A stretch of 63,964 bases of DNA, counting the filler, from Syncephalis fuscata S228 (Eukaryota > Fungi > Zoopagomycota): the NCBI GenBank assembly GCA_025786725.1. It is 5 parts of 5 records of this genome, joined end to end, with 100 filler letters (N's around TTAATTAATTAA, not from the genome) between each part and the next. Parts side by side here need not be neighbours in the genome. Positions count along the whole stretch, not along the records: positions 24,563 to 50,316 come from JAHLTZ010000116.1; positions 50,417 to 59,692 come from JAHLTZ010000314.1; 3 more parts are not named here. The stretch is one strand, 5' to 3'. Position 1 is the first letter of the stretch. Every line of letters starts with the position of its first letter. A program made the position numbers and the translations under genes. Under the pieces are notes generated by a model. The model did no database searches, was not told the DNA's origin, and saw only the letters and a list, made by a program, of their open reading frames with translations. Positions 40,401-53,194 of the stretch are shown here, piece by piece.

Positions 40401-42254
40401 ACTGTTGCTGTTGTATCTGGTGCTGTATACGGCTCAACCATGTCATACATATCATCATCATCATCATAATCCCGTGATAATGCAGCCCATATATCCTGTT
40501 GTGTAGCAGTAGTAGCAGTATTGGATACTGGAGCTGAGGCTGAGACTGACACGGTAGCAGCAGTAGTAATTGTTGTCGTTGTTGCATCAACCATACCTAA
40601 TTGATCAAATAGATCGACATCTTGACCTCCAAATAATTGGCTTACATCGTCATTAGCTGTTGAAAAAGCAGCCATGGGCGGTTCAGTAGCTACAGTTGTT
40701 GTTGTTGTTGTTGTTGTAATACTAGTATCAACCGTATCTGTTGTTATAGGTACAACCCGCGGCGTAGTCACTTCAGGCACACTATCCTGATTTAATTGAA
40801 ATGCACTTTGTTCTTCAATAACTGAATCAAAGAAAGGTACAGCTGTCATACTAGTAGCCATGGTCGGTGTCGGTGTTGTATCAATAAATGGTGTATTAGA
40901 TGCCGCAAATAGATCATCAAATACTGAAGTAGCATTAGAAGTTATAGTAAAATCAGGTACTTCACTTGAAAATAGAGCATCAGCATGAATTGGACTCTTT
41001 GGTGCAATCTCTGTATTGGATACAACAAATAGATCATTTTGAGTAGCAGTCGTCGCTGTTGTTATTGTATCTACTTTAATATTGCCCATATCTACTGTAT
41101 CAACTGCCACTACTTTCGTTTCTGTGGTTTCTGTTGTTACTACTGCTTCTACTTCTGTTACCACTGTTTCTGCTTCTGTTGTTACTGAAAGGGGCAATGG
41201 AATACTAATTGGTACTATCTCCTCTATAGTATTCATTTCTACTGGTGTCACTATTGCTGCCATTCCTGTTTCTGTTTCTGTGGTTGTTATACTGGTAGTA
41301 GCAGTAGTAGTGGTTATTGTCTCGGCAGGAGTAACTGTTGTCATAATGGAATCATTCAAAGGGGCATCCACACCAACATAGGATGATGTAGATGATACTG
41401 ATATAATAGATGGTGGTATATCTGATATTGATAGAGAATCCATTGTATGATCAATAACTGATTCTACCACCATTTCTGTAGTCATTGTCTCCACCGTTTC
41501 AGACACCAATGTTGATGTTGATGCCAATGCATTAGGTGGATTAAATGACGTAGATATTACATCATCATTAGTAACTATAGTAGTTTCTGATATATTTGCC
41601 CTCTTTTCTATATCTATTTACATTATATTATATTATATTGTATTATATTAGTTGTTGTTATTTAATATATATATATATATATATATAGTATATAGTATAT
41701 AGTATAAATAACTTACCAGATACGAGTACTGTATCCACTACTTGTTCTTTATACATTTATATATTTACTAGTTAGTATATATACATATATACATACATAT
41801 TATACTAATTGATATAGTCTACTTACCAGATAGAGTCTCTACTACAGCTATATTCATTTCAGTAGTGGCTACAGTATCGGTAGGTATCACTTTTATTTCT
41901 TTCTCTCCGCCTTCTTCTTCATGTTCTTCTTCTTTCTTCTCCATTTCATCGTCGGTATCATGGATAGTACTGCTTTCATCGGGTGTATAGGGTGTATCGG
42001 TAGTGGGTGAGGCTATATCTTCACTTGGATCGGTTGACGTGTTATTGTTGTTGCCTAGTTTCTTTCCCTTGCGCTTCTTTTTCTTTTTAGCCGACTTTGA
42101 CGCTATATATAATATACATGGTGTATCATGAGCGACTGTTACTATTGTAGACTACTATTAAATTACCTGTGTTCTGCGCTGTCGTATTACTAAGTGGGTT
42201 ATTGCTAATCATGGTGTGGTATGCTATCATCGATGTCATGCGGTTATTCATCAT
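34497..42254 (-). CDS. SEC16: COPII coat assembly scaffold Sec16, multi-exon; 5' end approximate
   Basis: [94 protein letters not shown] and [13 protein letters not shown], plus a very long Thr/Ser/Tyr-rich N-terminus. Frame breaks near 42080 and 37990. Confidence 0.93.
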
Positions 42255-42593
42255 ATCATTACGTAGACGGTCACTGTTCTATTCGTGTCCAGTATTACTA
42301 ATACTACTACTACTTACCAGAATGCTGGTTATCAAAACAAAGAACGAAGCAGACGCACTGTTAAAGTTACAGTCTGTCTTGATGGCAATAAGTTTGCTAC
42401 ACTCAAGTGAATTCGGCTGGGAATTAAAAGATGACAGAGTGTGGTTAAAAGAGTGATAAGCAGTGTCGTTGTTATTCACTTCAAAGGTATCATGTGAATG
42501 TGTGTGTGTGTGTGTATTGTTGGCAAGTTCCCCCAATAAACATTACAATCAATTCACAATGTTATTATGTTGTATTGATATAAATATTCGTAT

Positions 42594-42660
42594 AATGATT
42601 GGTATTACTATGATTGGTATTAATATTGTTTGACGTGGTCCAATCATCACCAATCATCAT
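42594..42660 (-). promoter_or_regulatory. CCAAT cluster with ERSE-II/UPRE composite upstream of SEC16
   Basis: Plus strand ATGATTGG x2, TGACGTGGTCCAAT (42631-42644) and CCAATCAT x2. The minus strand reads ATTGG-A-CCACG-TCA. Confidence 0.6.
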
Positions 42661-42713
42661 TATTATAATTGACACATCATTTAGTATAAACTGATTTGTC
42701 TAATAGTGTTTTA

Positions 42714-43355
42714 TTATTCGGCCTTATTTGTCTTGGTACGTTTCCGTTTTTTATTCGTCGGTTCTAAAAATGCCGTATTCTTGTTACTATCTTTACTATT
42801 CTTGTTACTTGACATCGATGATCCAGTCTTTTTCTGTTGTGGCTGTTCCTCTTGTTTTTGTTGTCTTTTTTGAGATGCTTTTATCATTTCCCTTAGTAAT
42901 AGATGGTATCGAAGAAGTATTGTTTTATAAATAAATGAACTATGTATGATGCTATGGTCTACTTACTGTTTACGATGTGTTTTACGTTTATCGTATGAAC
43001 TGCGAGTACTGATTGTTTTACGTTCCACAGGATTTCTACGTAATTGATGACGCTTTTGTTTACTAGTTGATGATATGTTAATTATATTCTATAACTATTA
43101 CTACTACTTACGATGCCTTTTTAAGTGTTAACATCCAATCGGGTACATCACATCCTGATGTTTTCATTACATTAACAATACTAGATAGTAGAATATTAAT
43201 ATAGGATATAATAATGATGTGTAATAAGTAGGTACTGACCTGCGTAGGAAATCGACATCATCATTAGTAAATAGCGTAACTGCTTCACCAGTACGACCAG
43301 CACGACCCGTACGACCTATTAATTGATTTATTTATTAATAATTGTATTATAATTA

Positions 43356-43393
<38 letters not shown>

Positions 43394-44116
43394 ATTAATT
43401 ACTTACCAATACGATGAATGTAACTTTGTACGGTTTGAGGGAAATCGTAGTTAATAACCAAACGAACACCTTTGAAATCAATACCACGAGCCATTAATTC
43501 GGTAGAAATAAGTACCCAAATCTTGCCTTCTCGGAATTGTTTAACAATATTATCACGCTATGATAGTCACAGTTATTCAATAGTTATTCAATAGTAAATA
43601 CTAGTGGATACATACTTGAGCACGGGTACGTTCTGAGTGGATAACATCAACATTAATACCATCATAGATCAATTCGTTAAATAATTCACGGGCTCGTTCA
43701 ATTGACTGGACGAATATAAGTACGGGTGGTTTTAAACCTTCTTGGATAAGTTGACGCATGGCAATCATTTTGCCCTCTTCACTGCCCACATAAATTAAGC
43801 GTTGTTTAATGGTTTCTGTTGCGGCATTTCTATAGATTGATTAGTTAAAAGTTCCATCAAATGGTTATTGATGGCAGCACTTACTTTGTCCCTACAACTA
43901 CACGGATTGGATCTTTCATAATAGTTTGTGCCAATTGTTCAACACCTGATGGCAGTGTTGCACTGTAGAGTGCTTTTTGTAATTGAGGCAATGTACATGC
44001 TGCTAATATTTCATCCATTTGTTCGAGGAAGCCCAGATCTAGTAGTTTATCGGCTTCATCCAATACTAAATGTTTTACACTATTATAATAGATGAACCAT
44101 TAATATGGAGTATATC

Positions 44117-44149
<33 letters not shown>

Positions 44150-45415
44150 TTACTGGCTTAAATCCATTCCTTCTTGTTGAATGGCATGTACAAGTCGTAG
44201 CGGTGTGCTAATAAGAATATCTATTATGGTATAAGTAATGGTATAAAGTAATACGCGTATTATAATATATATTACCGAATTTTGGACGTAATCTAGGATT
44301 ATTATGTTGTTTATGTGCGGACATTTTTGACATCATGCCAATTTTAAAACTTTTACCAACACTTAATGCTTGGAATTGATTGTATATCTATTAATATTAA
44401 ATGTATTAATATATTTAATATTTCAAATGTATATATTCTATATATTTACCTGTTGAGACAGTTCCCGTGTAGGAGAAATAACCAATGCTCGACAACCAAC
44501 CTTCTTTGGACTATTAAGATCTTGTAGAATAGGCAATACAAATGATAGTGTTTTACCACTACCCGTAGGTGCACAGGCCATAACATCGCGTCCCTTTATT
44601 ACATTATATTAACAGTGGACTATGTGTAATAGATGTAATAGCTTACATTAAGTGTTACGGGTGCACATTGCATCTGAACTGGTGTAGGTTGTTTGAATCC
44701 AAGTTTGGTCAAATTATCAACTAGGAAAGAAGCCATTTCAAATCTATATACATTATAGTATAATTAGAATAATTAAATGATTCTTAATATTTACTACTTA
44801 CTGTTGTTCTAGTTCAGAGAATGCTTGAAATGGTCGTGGAATATCTGTGCCATAGACACGAATACGATGCTGTGTACGGAATTCCTCGGCCTAAATAGTT
44901 CACTATTAGTATTTTATAAAATATTATCTTAATTCAATCCACTAAATACTCATTAGTCACTTACTTCTTGTTCATTACGAAATGGTTTAGTATTTGTATC
45001 AACTGCACTTGAATCAGGCTCTGATACATCTAAGCGATTCAACAATAGATTGTAATGATATAAGTAAAAATGTAGAATATAATGCTACACCTACCAGAAT
45101 CAGCGCCATCAACTTCCATTTTATCTGTACTTGTTTCGTCTTTTTGACGACGAGTATGACGACGACGAGAAGGCGTTCCCGGTGCCGGTTTGTTATTGAA
45201 AAAGTCTATTTCTTCAAGTAATTCATTTGTATTATTGTTATTGGCCGTGGCTGTCGACGATAGTGGTAACGTTGTGGTGCGCTAGTTAAGCGTTAATGGT
45301 TTGACCTATAGCCAATCCCTTCTAGATTAATACTTACCTCAAATAGCTTAACATCTTCTGCAAATCGCTGCTTATTAAAGCGTGCACCTGCACCCAGTGC
45401 CTTGAATATCTCCAT
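42714..45415 (-). CDS. ROK1: DEAD-box RNA helicase ROK1/DDX52, multi-exon
   Basis: [69 protein letters not shown] and [11 protein letters not shown]. Lys-rich tail ends TNKAE*. Confidence 0.96.
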
Positions 45416-45748
45416 AGCTGAATATAAATACGAAGAAAAAAGAGTAAAAGAATCTTAAAAAGCAAAAGTGTTTTTATTTTATTTTTTTAATACACAAATT
45501 CAAACTGAACTGTCACAGACTATAATTCAATTGCCACCCATTAATGATGTTTTGTATTAACCAGATTGTATTTGTATTAATGGCATGACAGACACTGCAA
45601 CATTTATGTTTATGTAGTCTGATTTGCTAAAATGACATAACTCTCAAATAGACATTGTTATATTAAACGGCTGCTTCTTATTGTTTATTCATTTATCTTA
45701 ATCAACATTAATGAAATATGAATATGTCATAGATAGCGTTAAATCCAG

Positions 45749-46905
45749 TTATTCCTGCGAATAAGATTCAGTATATAAATTCAGATTTGCAGCTAAATTC
45801 TCAATTACAGAAGCATAATTATTGTTAAATGGCAAAGCATTAAATTCAGGAAGGTCAGCAGGTTGCACATTAAAATAAGTAGTCGTAGTGGTTTCTTCAG
45901 TCCTATTACGACGTTGGCAGTCATCATGTTGTTCCGAGTGCTCAGACTGTGTAAATGCTGCATTAATATCATTTACCACATCTCTCGCTCGTTGATTGTA
46001 AGCAGTAGCGGACATAGCAATAAGTGTGCGACTGGTAAGAGTAGGCTCTTTATCAAATCCTGTTAAAGCTTTGCGTGTATAGACACCGACAAACAAAACA
46101 AGAACATTGGAGGTATGGCCAGCTAGGAAGTGATATAAAAGGTAACCCATGTCAGACACAGATATCAAAATGCAATGGGCTGCTAATACGAGCAGTTGTC
46201 TACACTTGAAATCCAATTCTGGAATATTATTACGCTTAATTTCCGCATACTGCCAAAGAAACAAAATGGCCGAGAGAAAACTAAATCCTGAGGTTATACT
46301 ATAACCAGCACGTATTATATTATCGGCTTTTTTCTCGGACGAAAAAGTATTGGACCTAATAAGAAGGATCCAACCGCCAAGCGCCAATGCGCAGCCAATG
46401 CTATAGAAAACCATCCCATTGATGCCAAATCGGTAAACCAGCCGGGCTCGTTGGGCAATTACTTTTCTCATAGACTGACTCCTATTGATCAAATTTAGTT
46501 AGTTACATGTTATTGCAATATTAATACAGTGCTAAGTGAATGTGTGATAACTAAATAAAGTAGAAATGGGAAGCTAACTTACCATGCTAGCATCAACTTT
46601 GCAATAATAATTTTAATTATCCAGCCAGCAAATAATAATACTACTTTTGAATAATTCAGAAATGTATCATTGAACTTGTATGCGCCATTGATGTGCATAC
46701 CAAAGGCAGCTGTGCCAATTAATATGGCACCGATCATCATGCCATGATACTTAGTTTTTGTCTGAATGTAGCGCCAAAAATGGAGACAACCAAAGCCTAA
46801 GAAGAAAAGCGCAAATGTAATGTCCCTGAGCGGCTTAGTTCCAGGCACGAAAGGTTGCGTTGGAGCCACATTATCAACAGAGTTTGAACTAGAATCATCT
46901 GACAT
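45749..46905 (-). CDS. Multi-pass membrane protein, divergent RTA1-like, 2 exons
   Basis: FALFFLGFGCLHFWRYIQTKTKY resembles RTA1 TM1. About 6-7 hydrophobic segments and a polar tail; a GTAAGT intron joins the 108-aa and 247-aa ORFs. Confidence 0.7.
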
Positions 46906-49900
46906 GATGGTATAGCTGCTTGCAGGGGATGTGTTGTCTCGTAAAGGGAATGTTAAGATTGCGCAATACTATATGAGCTAGTAATTGTAATGGCAAACTT
47001 TAACAAAAAAGCGGTAGTTAAGTGTTATTTATCAAAAACTAAATTGCACTTGGTGATAGAGGAAGAGTCGAGGTAATAGAGAATGAAGTATGAATATAAA
47101 TTATGCTGAACTTGGTTATTTGCTTATACTTTTATAGCATCAAACTTCTAAATTTTTATTCTGGCTTAAGTCACGGATACCAGTAAACAACGTCCAAAAA
47201 TAGGCTAGTAAGTTGGTATGTACCCAGCTCAATGGACAGCGTATCTAGAACACACACATACCATACATTGCATACCTGTATTTGTTAATATATTGTGTAA
47301 CCTTTTATTATTAGCTTATGTTCCATAAATGTTCAATGTAATAGGACATCGCCCCCCAAAGTTCAGGCCCATTCTAGCTGAAATCTATCCACATGCACTC
47401 GCTAAATGGCAACATTTGCTGCCGTCTACCCTTGCATCATTGACTTTGATTTTACATACTCTGTTGATATTTAAACACGATATTAGTCCACAATAATTAA
47501 TATATAACAGTGAGCTATTACTTTATTTTATACTAGTTCAGATTCAATAGCAATAGAACAAAGGTAATAGTTTTGAACAGTATATAGGTACCTCTACAGT
47601 TAAAGACAAAAGGCTTGTGTAATTCATAGCAATTTCTTTAAATGGTATCGGCTTAAACAAGTTATAGAACGTGGTAACCAACTTTTTGTGAAAATATTGC
47701 TGCAAGATGAGGCATAAACGTTGAAATTAAATAATTAGTGTGGTCTTGTTCTGCGTTTAAAACATAGTATTACGCTAATTGTGCGTGTACTGTAAACCAA
47801 CTCACGTTTTAGCAAGCTTTCAATGCCGTGAGCTAGGGGAAAGCAGTCATTACGCATATTCAAAATGGCCAATGTGACAATCTGCCAATCATTTATCGTT
47901 ACATCAGACAACGCAATAGCCATTGAAGCAATAATTTGCTCATGAGATGCCTAAGGCGTCCAATATATACTGGCTTTCAATACTATTGATACTATTTAAT
48001 CTAAATACTAGTTTTAATAATACCATGTTTAATAAACAAGAATCACCATTACACTATTACATATGCTTTAATTCAACACTCAGCTTTGGTCAGTACACGT
48101 GTAATCATGGTCTTAATGAGCCCTTATTGCACCGTGCAAATAGTGCAATTACGCCCAATCCAACAAATAATCCTATTAATGGTAATTGCCATTTCATTTG
48201 CCGAGTCAACATTATGCTAAGGCGACTCGTTGAAACCATTTTGTATAATATTTGACAGTAAGCATTTAGGGGTACTTGATTGATTGTTCTTGAAACATTA
48301 TGCAACAATTGTTACACTGGCATATCAATTATAGTTGTTGTTGGTATTTACCAGATACGGCATCATCCGACGATAGCTCTTGGAGCGGAATGCTGTCGAA
48401 TAGTTTATTGACTAGTACTATAACGATACTACCGACATTTTTGTTTGTTTCTAATATTGTAGATATGAATATTTTATATAGTATATTTTGTCAACTGCTA
48501 AAACATACAATATTTTCTATTCATTTATCTCATTTTAGCACATAGCGAAAACATTCTATTTATTATATACTTTAACACGTTTTGCTCAATTCATTCAAAT
48601 CAAAATATTCTCACAAATAAAAGAGATATTCAACGAGGCAGATCAGCATATATATTGCTTAGAGTAATGTAATTCACTAACTAACGGTTATTAACAAAGC
48701 TTTGCTAATGTACAACACAGGTACAATAAGTGAAATACTTCAAAAGACTCAAGCAACTCATAGTTTGGCTATTGACGGGACAGTGCCTGTTAAAACAACA
48801 TCAAAACAAATATGCCTATGAATTTGTAATATCTGCTAACAAATAGTATGTAGAATGTATGAATCAAAAGCCGTATTGTTATTAAGCAATCTTTTCTTAA
48901 ACCTTTTTGTAAAATGAAGTTGATTAATGAAGTTACAAGTTGTAGTTTTTCAATTAATAATTGATATGTTTATACACTTGTGCTAATGGACTTTTAAACA
49001 AATAAAATGTTTTTCTCTTTTTATAAAAAATGGTGACAATCTACTAGCTGCTTGGTTGGTAGTGCACTTAGAGTATGTAAATGTTCTGGAGTATATTACC
49101 AATTTTTTCAGGTATGTGTATTATAAACTAGCTTTATACGATTTCTAAATTAGTTTGTTCATAGTTCTCTATATCTTCTGGCTTAACTGTGTTAATATCA
49201 GTTGTATTTGATATACAAAGCATTCGTGTTATACTAGTACACATGCCAAATTGTACACATCCATTCCCGATAAGTATGCTATCTACGCCATGTCAGGACA
49301 AACAATATTGGTGATGTGTGCAGTTACTTATTTAAGTATTATAGGTATATAATGGTCAAGCTTAACTAATACTACTATGGGTTATCTACTATTTAATGAA
49401 GTGACTATACCTGAAAGCAATATGAAGCTAACGAATGAACAAAAATTTACGCTACTGTTACGCAGCATCTTAAATCTGTATCAGAAGCTACATGCACACC
49501 AATGCTATTGTATCCAAAACAATATCTATACATACGATGCTAAAATGTAACGGTGATTTCAGTGTTGTCAAGAGCTGTTAAGTCCCAAGTACTAATGATA
49601 CATGTTGGTACACAATTGGGTGTTTACCATGGTAAATTTGATTTAATATATATTGCGTGTTCGGCTTTGTACTAGCTTCATTCATTTTCTATTTATACAG
49701 GAACAACGCTATAAACTACCCAGCAATATCTTTATATCTGTATTGCGTCCATATCTTTACTCAAAAAATAAACAATTACTTCCTTTATTCGGTGTACTTA
49801 TTGTGGGCGGTGTTAATGTCTGCATTATTACATTTCTCATCCACATGACAGCCCATGATAATCCATAGTAATGTACAAGATAAGTTATTACACGTGTATA

Positions 49901-50238
49901 ACTTGCACACGTTTTTGTCAAAAAATACCTATGCATATAATTGTTGCTAAAAATAATACGCATGCATAGTTCTATTGAGAATTATAATGTGTAACCATCG
50001 TGTAGTGCATATTGCAGCCAAAAACTTGCTGCTCATTGTCTAACATGCCCTTGGTTCCCATGACCATGCTAAAGATTGTTAAGGCAATATCAAGACAATG
50101 TAATTTTGTAATGAGCCTAGACAATAAAACACTAATTCATCTGAGCTGTTGTATCATATAAAGCTCGGCTATAGAACTAAAAACTAACCATCTATTTTAT
50201 TTCGTTTTTTGCATTTACACTAATTTCAATATTCCATC

Positions 50239-50316
50239 ATGAAGCTAAACTATAATTGGGGTTTTCTGTTGACTATATCTATTTATTTACTTTATCATTT
50301 AAGTAGTGCCCATGCC
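50239..50316 (+). CDS. 5' end of a probable secreted-protein gene, cut by the linker
   Basis: TATAAAG at ~50157, then catcATG MKLNYNWGFLLTISIYLLYHLSSAHA: n-region Lys, hydrophobic core and an A-H-A cleavage motif. Confidence 0.55.
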
Positions 50317-50416
50317 NNNNNNNNNNNNNNNNNNNNNNNNNNNNNNNNNNNNNNNNNNNNTTAATTAATTAANNNNNNNNNNNNNNNNNNNNNNNNNNNN
50401 NNNNNNNNNNNNNNNN
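50317..50416. other. Artificial contig linker
   Basis: N44-TTAATTAATTAA-N44. Confidence 0.97.
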
Positions 50417-51060
50417 ATTGTTCTATAAATCATACCAAACGGTACATTCAAGCATGGAGAACTCGAATCTGGCTATCGTTTTGCTGTATTTTAATTATAT
50501 AAGCCATGATTGCCTAAAACTGACATTTTTGTACATTTATTAGTATACTATTGCAATACTACATCATCACACAATGCAATAATGGTATACTTTGGCCTGT
50601 AGTTACATATGTCTATGTGCATACTTGTACAAAAAATGTCAGTTTTTAGGCAATCATGGCTTATATAATTAAAATACAGCAAAACGATAGCCAGATTCGA
50701 GTTTTCCATGCTTGAATGTACCGTTTGGTATGATTTATAGAACAATAAATTTTGCAAAAAAAGTTAGTCAAAAATGCAATTTACGTATATGTTTGCTATG
50801 CTTATATGTATATAAAATAAATTGCTACTGTAGATCAATATTTTTGTATACTAACTTGCTATTGCGCTTGTTTTAGCGCCGTAGAGTGCTTTAAGTTTAA
50901 TTTATATTAAACTGTACATTCAAGCATGGAGAACTCGAATTCAGCAATTATTATGCTATATCGTAAGTATACAAGTCATAATCGACAAAAAACTGCTGTT
51001 TTACATATTTATTAACGTATTATCATAACCATTGCATCATTACGCAATACAGTTGCAATG
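50417..51060. repeat. 330-bp satellite family: inverted pair plus a diverged copy
   Basis: 50417-50535 is the near-perfect reverse complement of 50626-50746. A third TACATTCAAGCATGGAGAACTCGAAT lies at ~50915. Same family as 59793-60400. Confidence 0.9.
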
Positions 51061-52984
51061 TCATGGATAAGACAACTAACTAATTAGTAAAATATAATAA
51101 AAATCGACACTTTATTATAAGATGGGTAAATCAAGTATGTATTGATAGTGAGCATGTGCTACACATAATCTGAATATAGGTATATGTTGAGCAATCCAAG
51201 AAATAACCTCTATCTCTATAATTAGATCATGACACTGTAACAACATCCTGCCATTTTTATTGTCAAGTGAATTATACAGATGACTGACATTATAACGATA
51301 AAACTGATATCTTATTAGTACAATAGCTGATATTGAATTGCTACGCATTTACACATAATATAAATTGTATATTTTATAATTGAGAATGGTGCCAATACTA
51401 CTTTACTATTTACTTTAGTTGTATATGCTTTTATGGAACAAATGGCTGATATAAATAATCCTGAGTGCACATTTTGATATAATAGATGGATATTTTCTTT
51501 TCTCCTGTTTAATAACTTACAACAGCATGGAATCATTGCTTATGATATGTAACTATATTAATCCTCATTTAACTGTCAACGACCTCATGACTAGACATTT
51601 ACTAATATATCCTCGCTATTGTCTGATTTCTCTTCGTTCACCTCTCCTAATACCTTATACAATCCAAAGTATAACAGCACGTGTGTATTTTAAAGTTTTA
51701 TTAAACACTATGTACAATGTTTTTGTTTCATGCGTTACTTTCGTTTAGCGCTATCGTTCTAGCTACATCATCAATAGTTAGATTGTTAATAAACGCAGTC
51801 TAACATGGTATGAGGATAATGACTTACTATAAGCTAAACCAGTAAGCCCTTGAGCTGCCAATCTTTTTCCATTGGTTTCTGCTTTGGCTTGTTTTTTATA
51901 TTCCATTTTGCTTAACTTGTCAGAAGTGGTTTCATAAATGTGGACAGTACTTATGTCTTGGATGATTACCAATTGATATGAAATTTACAGCCGCTATGCA
52001 CTCGAAATTGCTGGTAATTGGCTAGAGCTTTTTATTGTGTCTAGTCTAGTGTCTGCATATTGTATTGCATATAATTTAGGCAATGCAATTTAGTCTACAG
52101 CTGAAAACTAATAAAAATGACTTGTTAAAATATTTCATTACTCAAAACGCCATGATGCATCATGCTACAAACAATACTTATTGTATAGTTGATTTCAGGT
52201 AATTTGGATTAGCCGCCATGTGAATGATGGTAGTTGCACAACATATAGCATGATATGCCTGAATGTGATGGATTTGTGAATTCAAAACGATTATTACTCC
52301 GTAACAATGGGCATAGTATCGAATGAAATGTATAGATGTACTAATCAATACACTTTATAATTTAAGGAATTATAACTGGCTTATGTATGGCAGTAGAGAC
52401 CTGTATAAAATACCAGTTTAATATATTAAACCTGTTTTTGCATCATTGTTGTGCGCTATTTTGTATGCATGCAGATATTGGGGACCGATTCATTCGGGGA
52501 ACTGACAGCACAGACGTCTTTGTCGTGTTTACAAAACCAAGCAATATACTTGTTTTACCAAATAGTTAGACCGTATAACAAAGAATACAAACTAATATAT
52601 TTATTTTTATCGCATGTGTACTGGATTACTAGCGTTGTTCCATTATTCGTGCGAATGAATAGCAGATTGGAGTAAAGGCTGGACAGGTTGAAATCAAGAC
52701 TGGAAGCATCCTATCATGCCATGAATTTATGGTACACGCGCACCTCAAGTCATTGTTTGAATTGTTTATTGGCTTATACTACACATCAATGTTATATCTC
52801 GTATACTACAGTATACTAGCATCCCAACATAGCCGTAAGTTTAAATAGCCCACAAAATACACACAACCAACTGCGATATCATCATCACACTCTACTTTCT
52901 GCTAAACACGCACTACTCTCCACTCTATACCAATCACACTCTACTATCTCTTTTATTTATTTGTCTTAACAAATCAACATCATC

Positions 52985-53194
52985 ATGAAGCTTTCCATTG
53001 CCGTCGTTTGCACCGTCGTTGTGGCTTTGATAGCCGCTACAGCCATGGTGGATGCTAATCCAGCCTTAGTCCGTCGTGGCCCCAAGAATCCTGCTAAATG
53101 CAAGGAATGCATTAATGAATGTGAAGGAGTCCCTAAACCTAGCATGAAAGAAAAATGCAACAAGCCTGGCAGATGCAAGGCGGAATGCGCATAA
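52985..53194 (+). CDS. Secreted six-cysteine prepropeptide (69 aa)
   Basis: Signal peptide MKLSIAVVCTVVVALIAATAMVDA, short propeptide NPALVRR (dibasic site) and a 38-aa mature region with 6 Cys. GC-rich island, good ATG context, TTTAAATA and a C/T-rich leader upstream. Confidence 0.9.
   Translation: MKLSIAVVCTVVVALIAATAMVDANPALVRRGPKNPAKCKECINECEGVPKPSMKEKCNKPGRCKAECA

Noticed and set aside
41600-44150. (TA)n, (TG)n and TATAT runs
   Set aside because: Ordinary intronic or UTR microsatellites.
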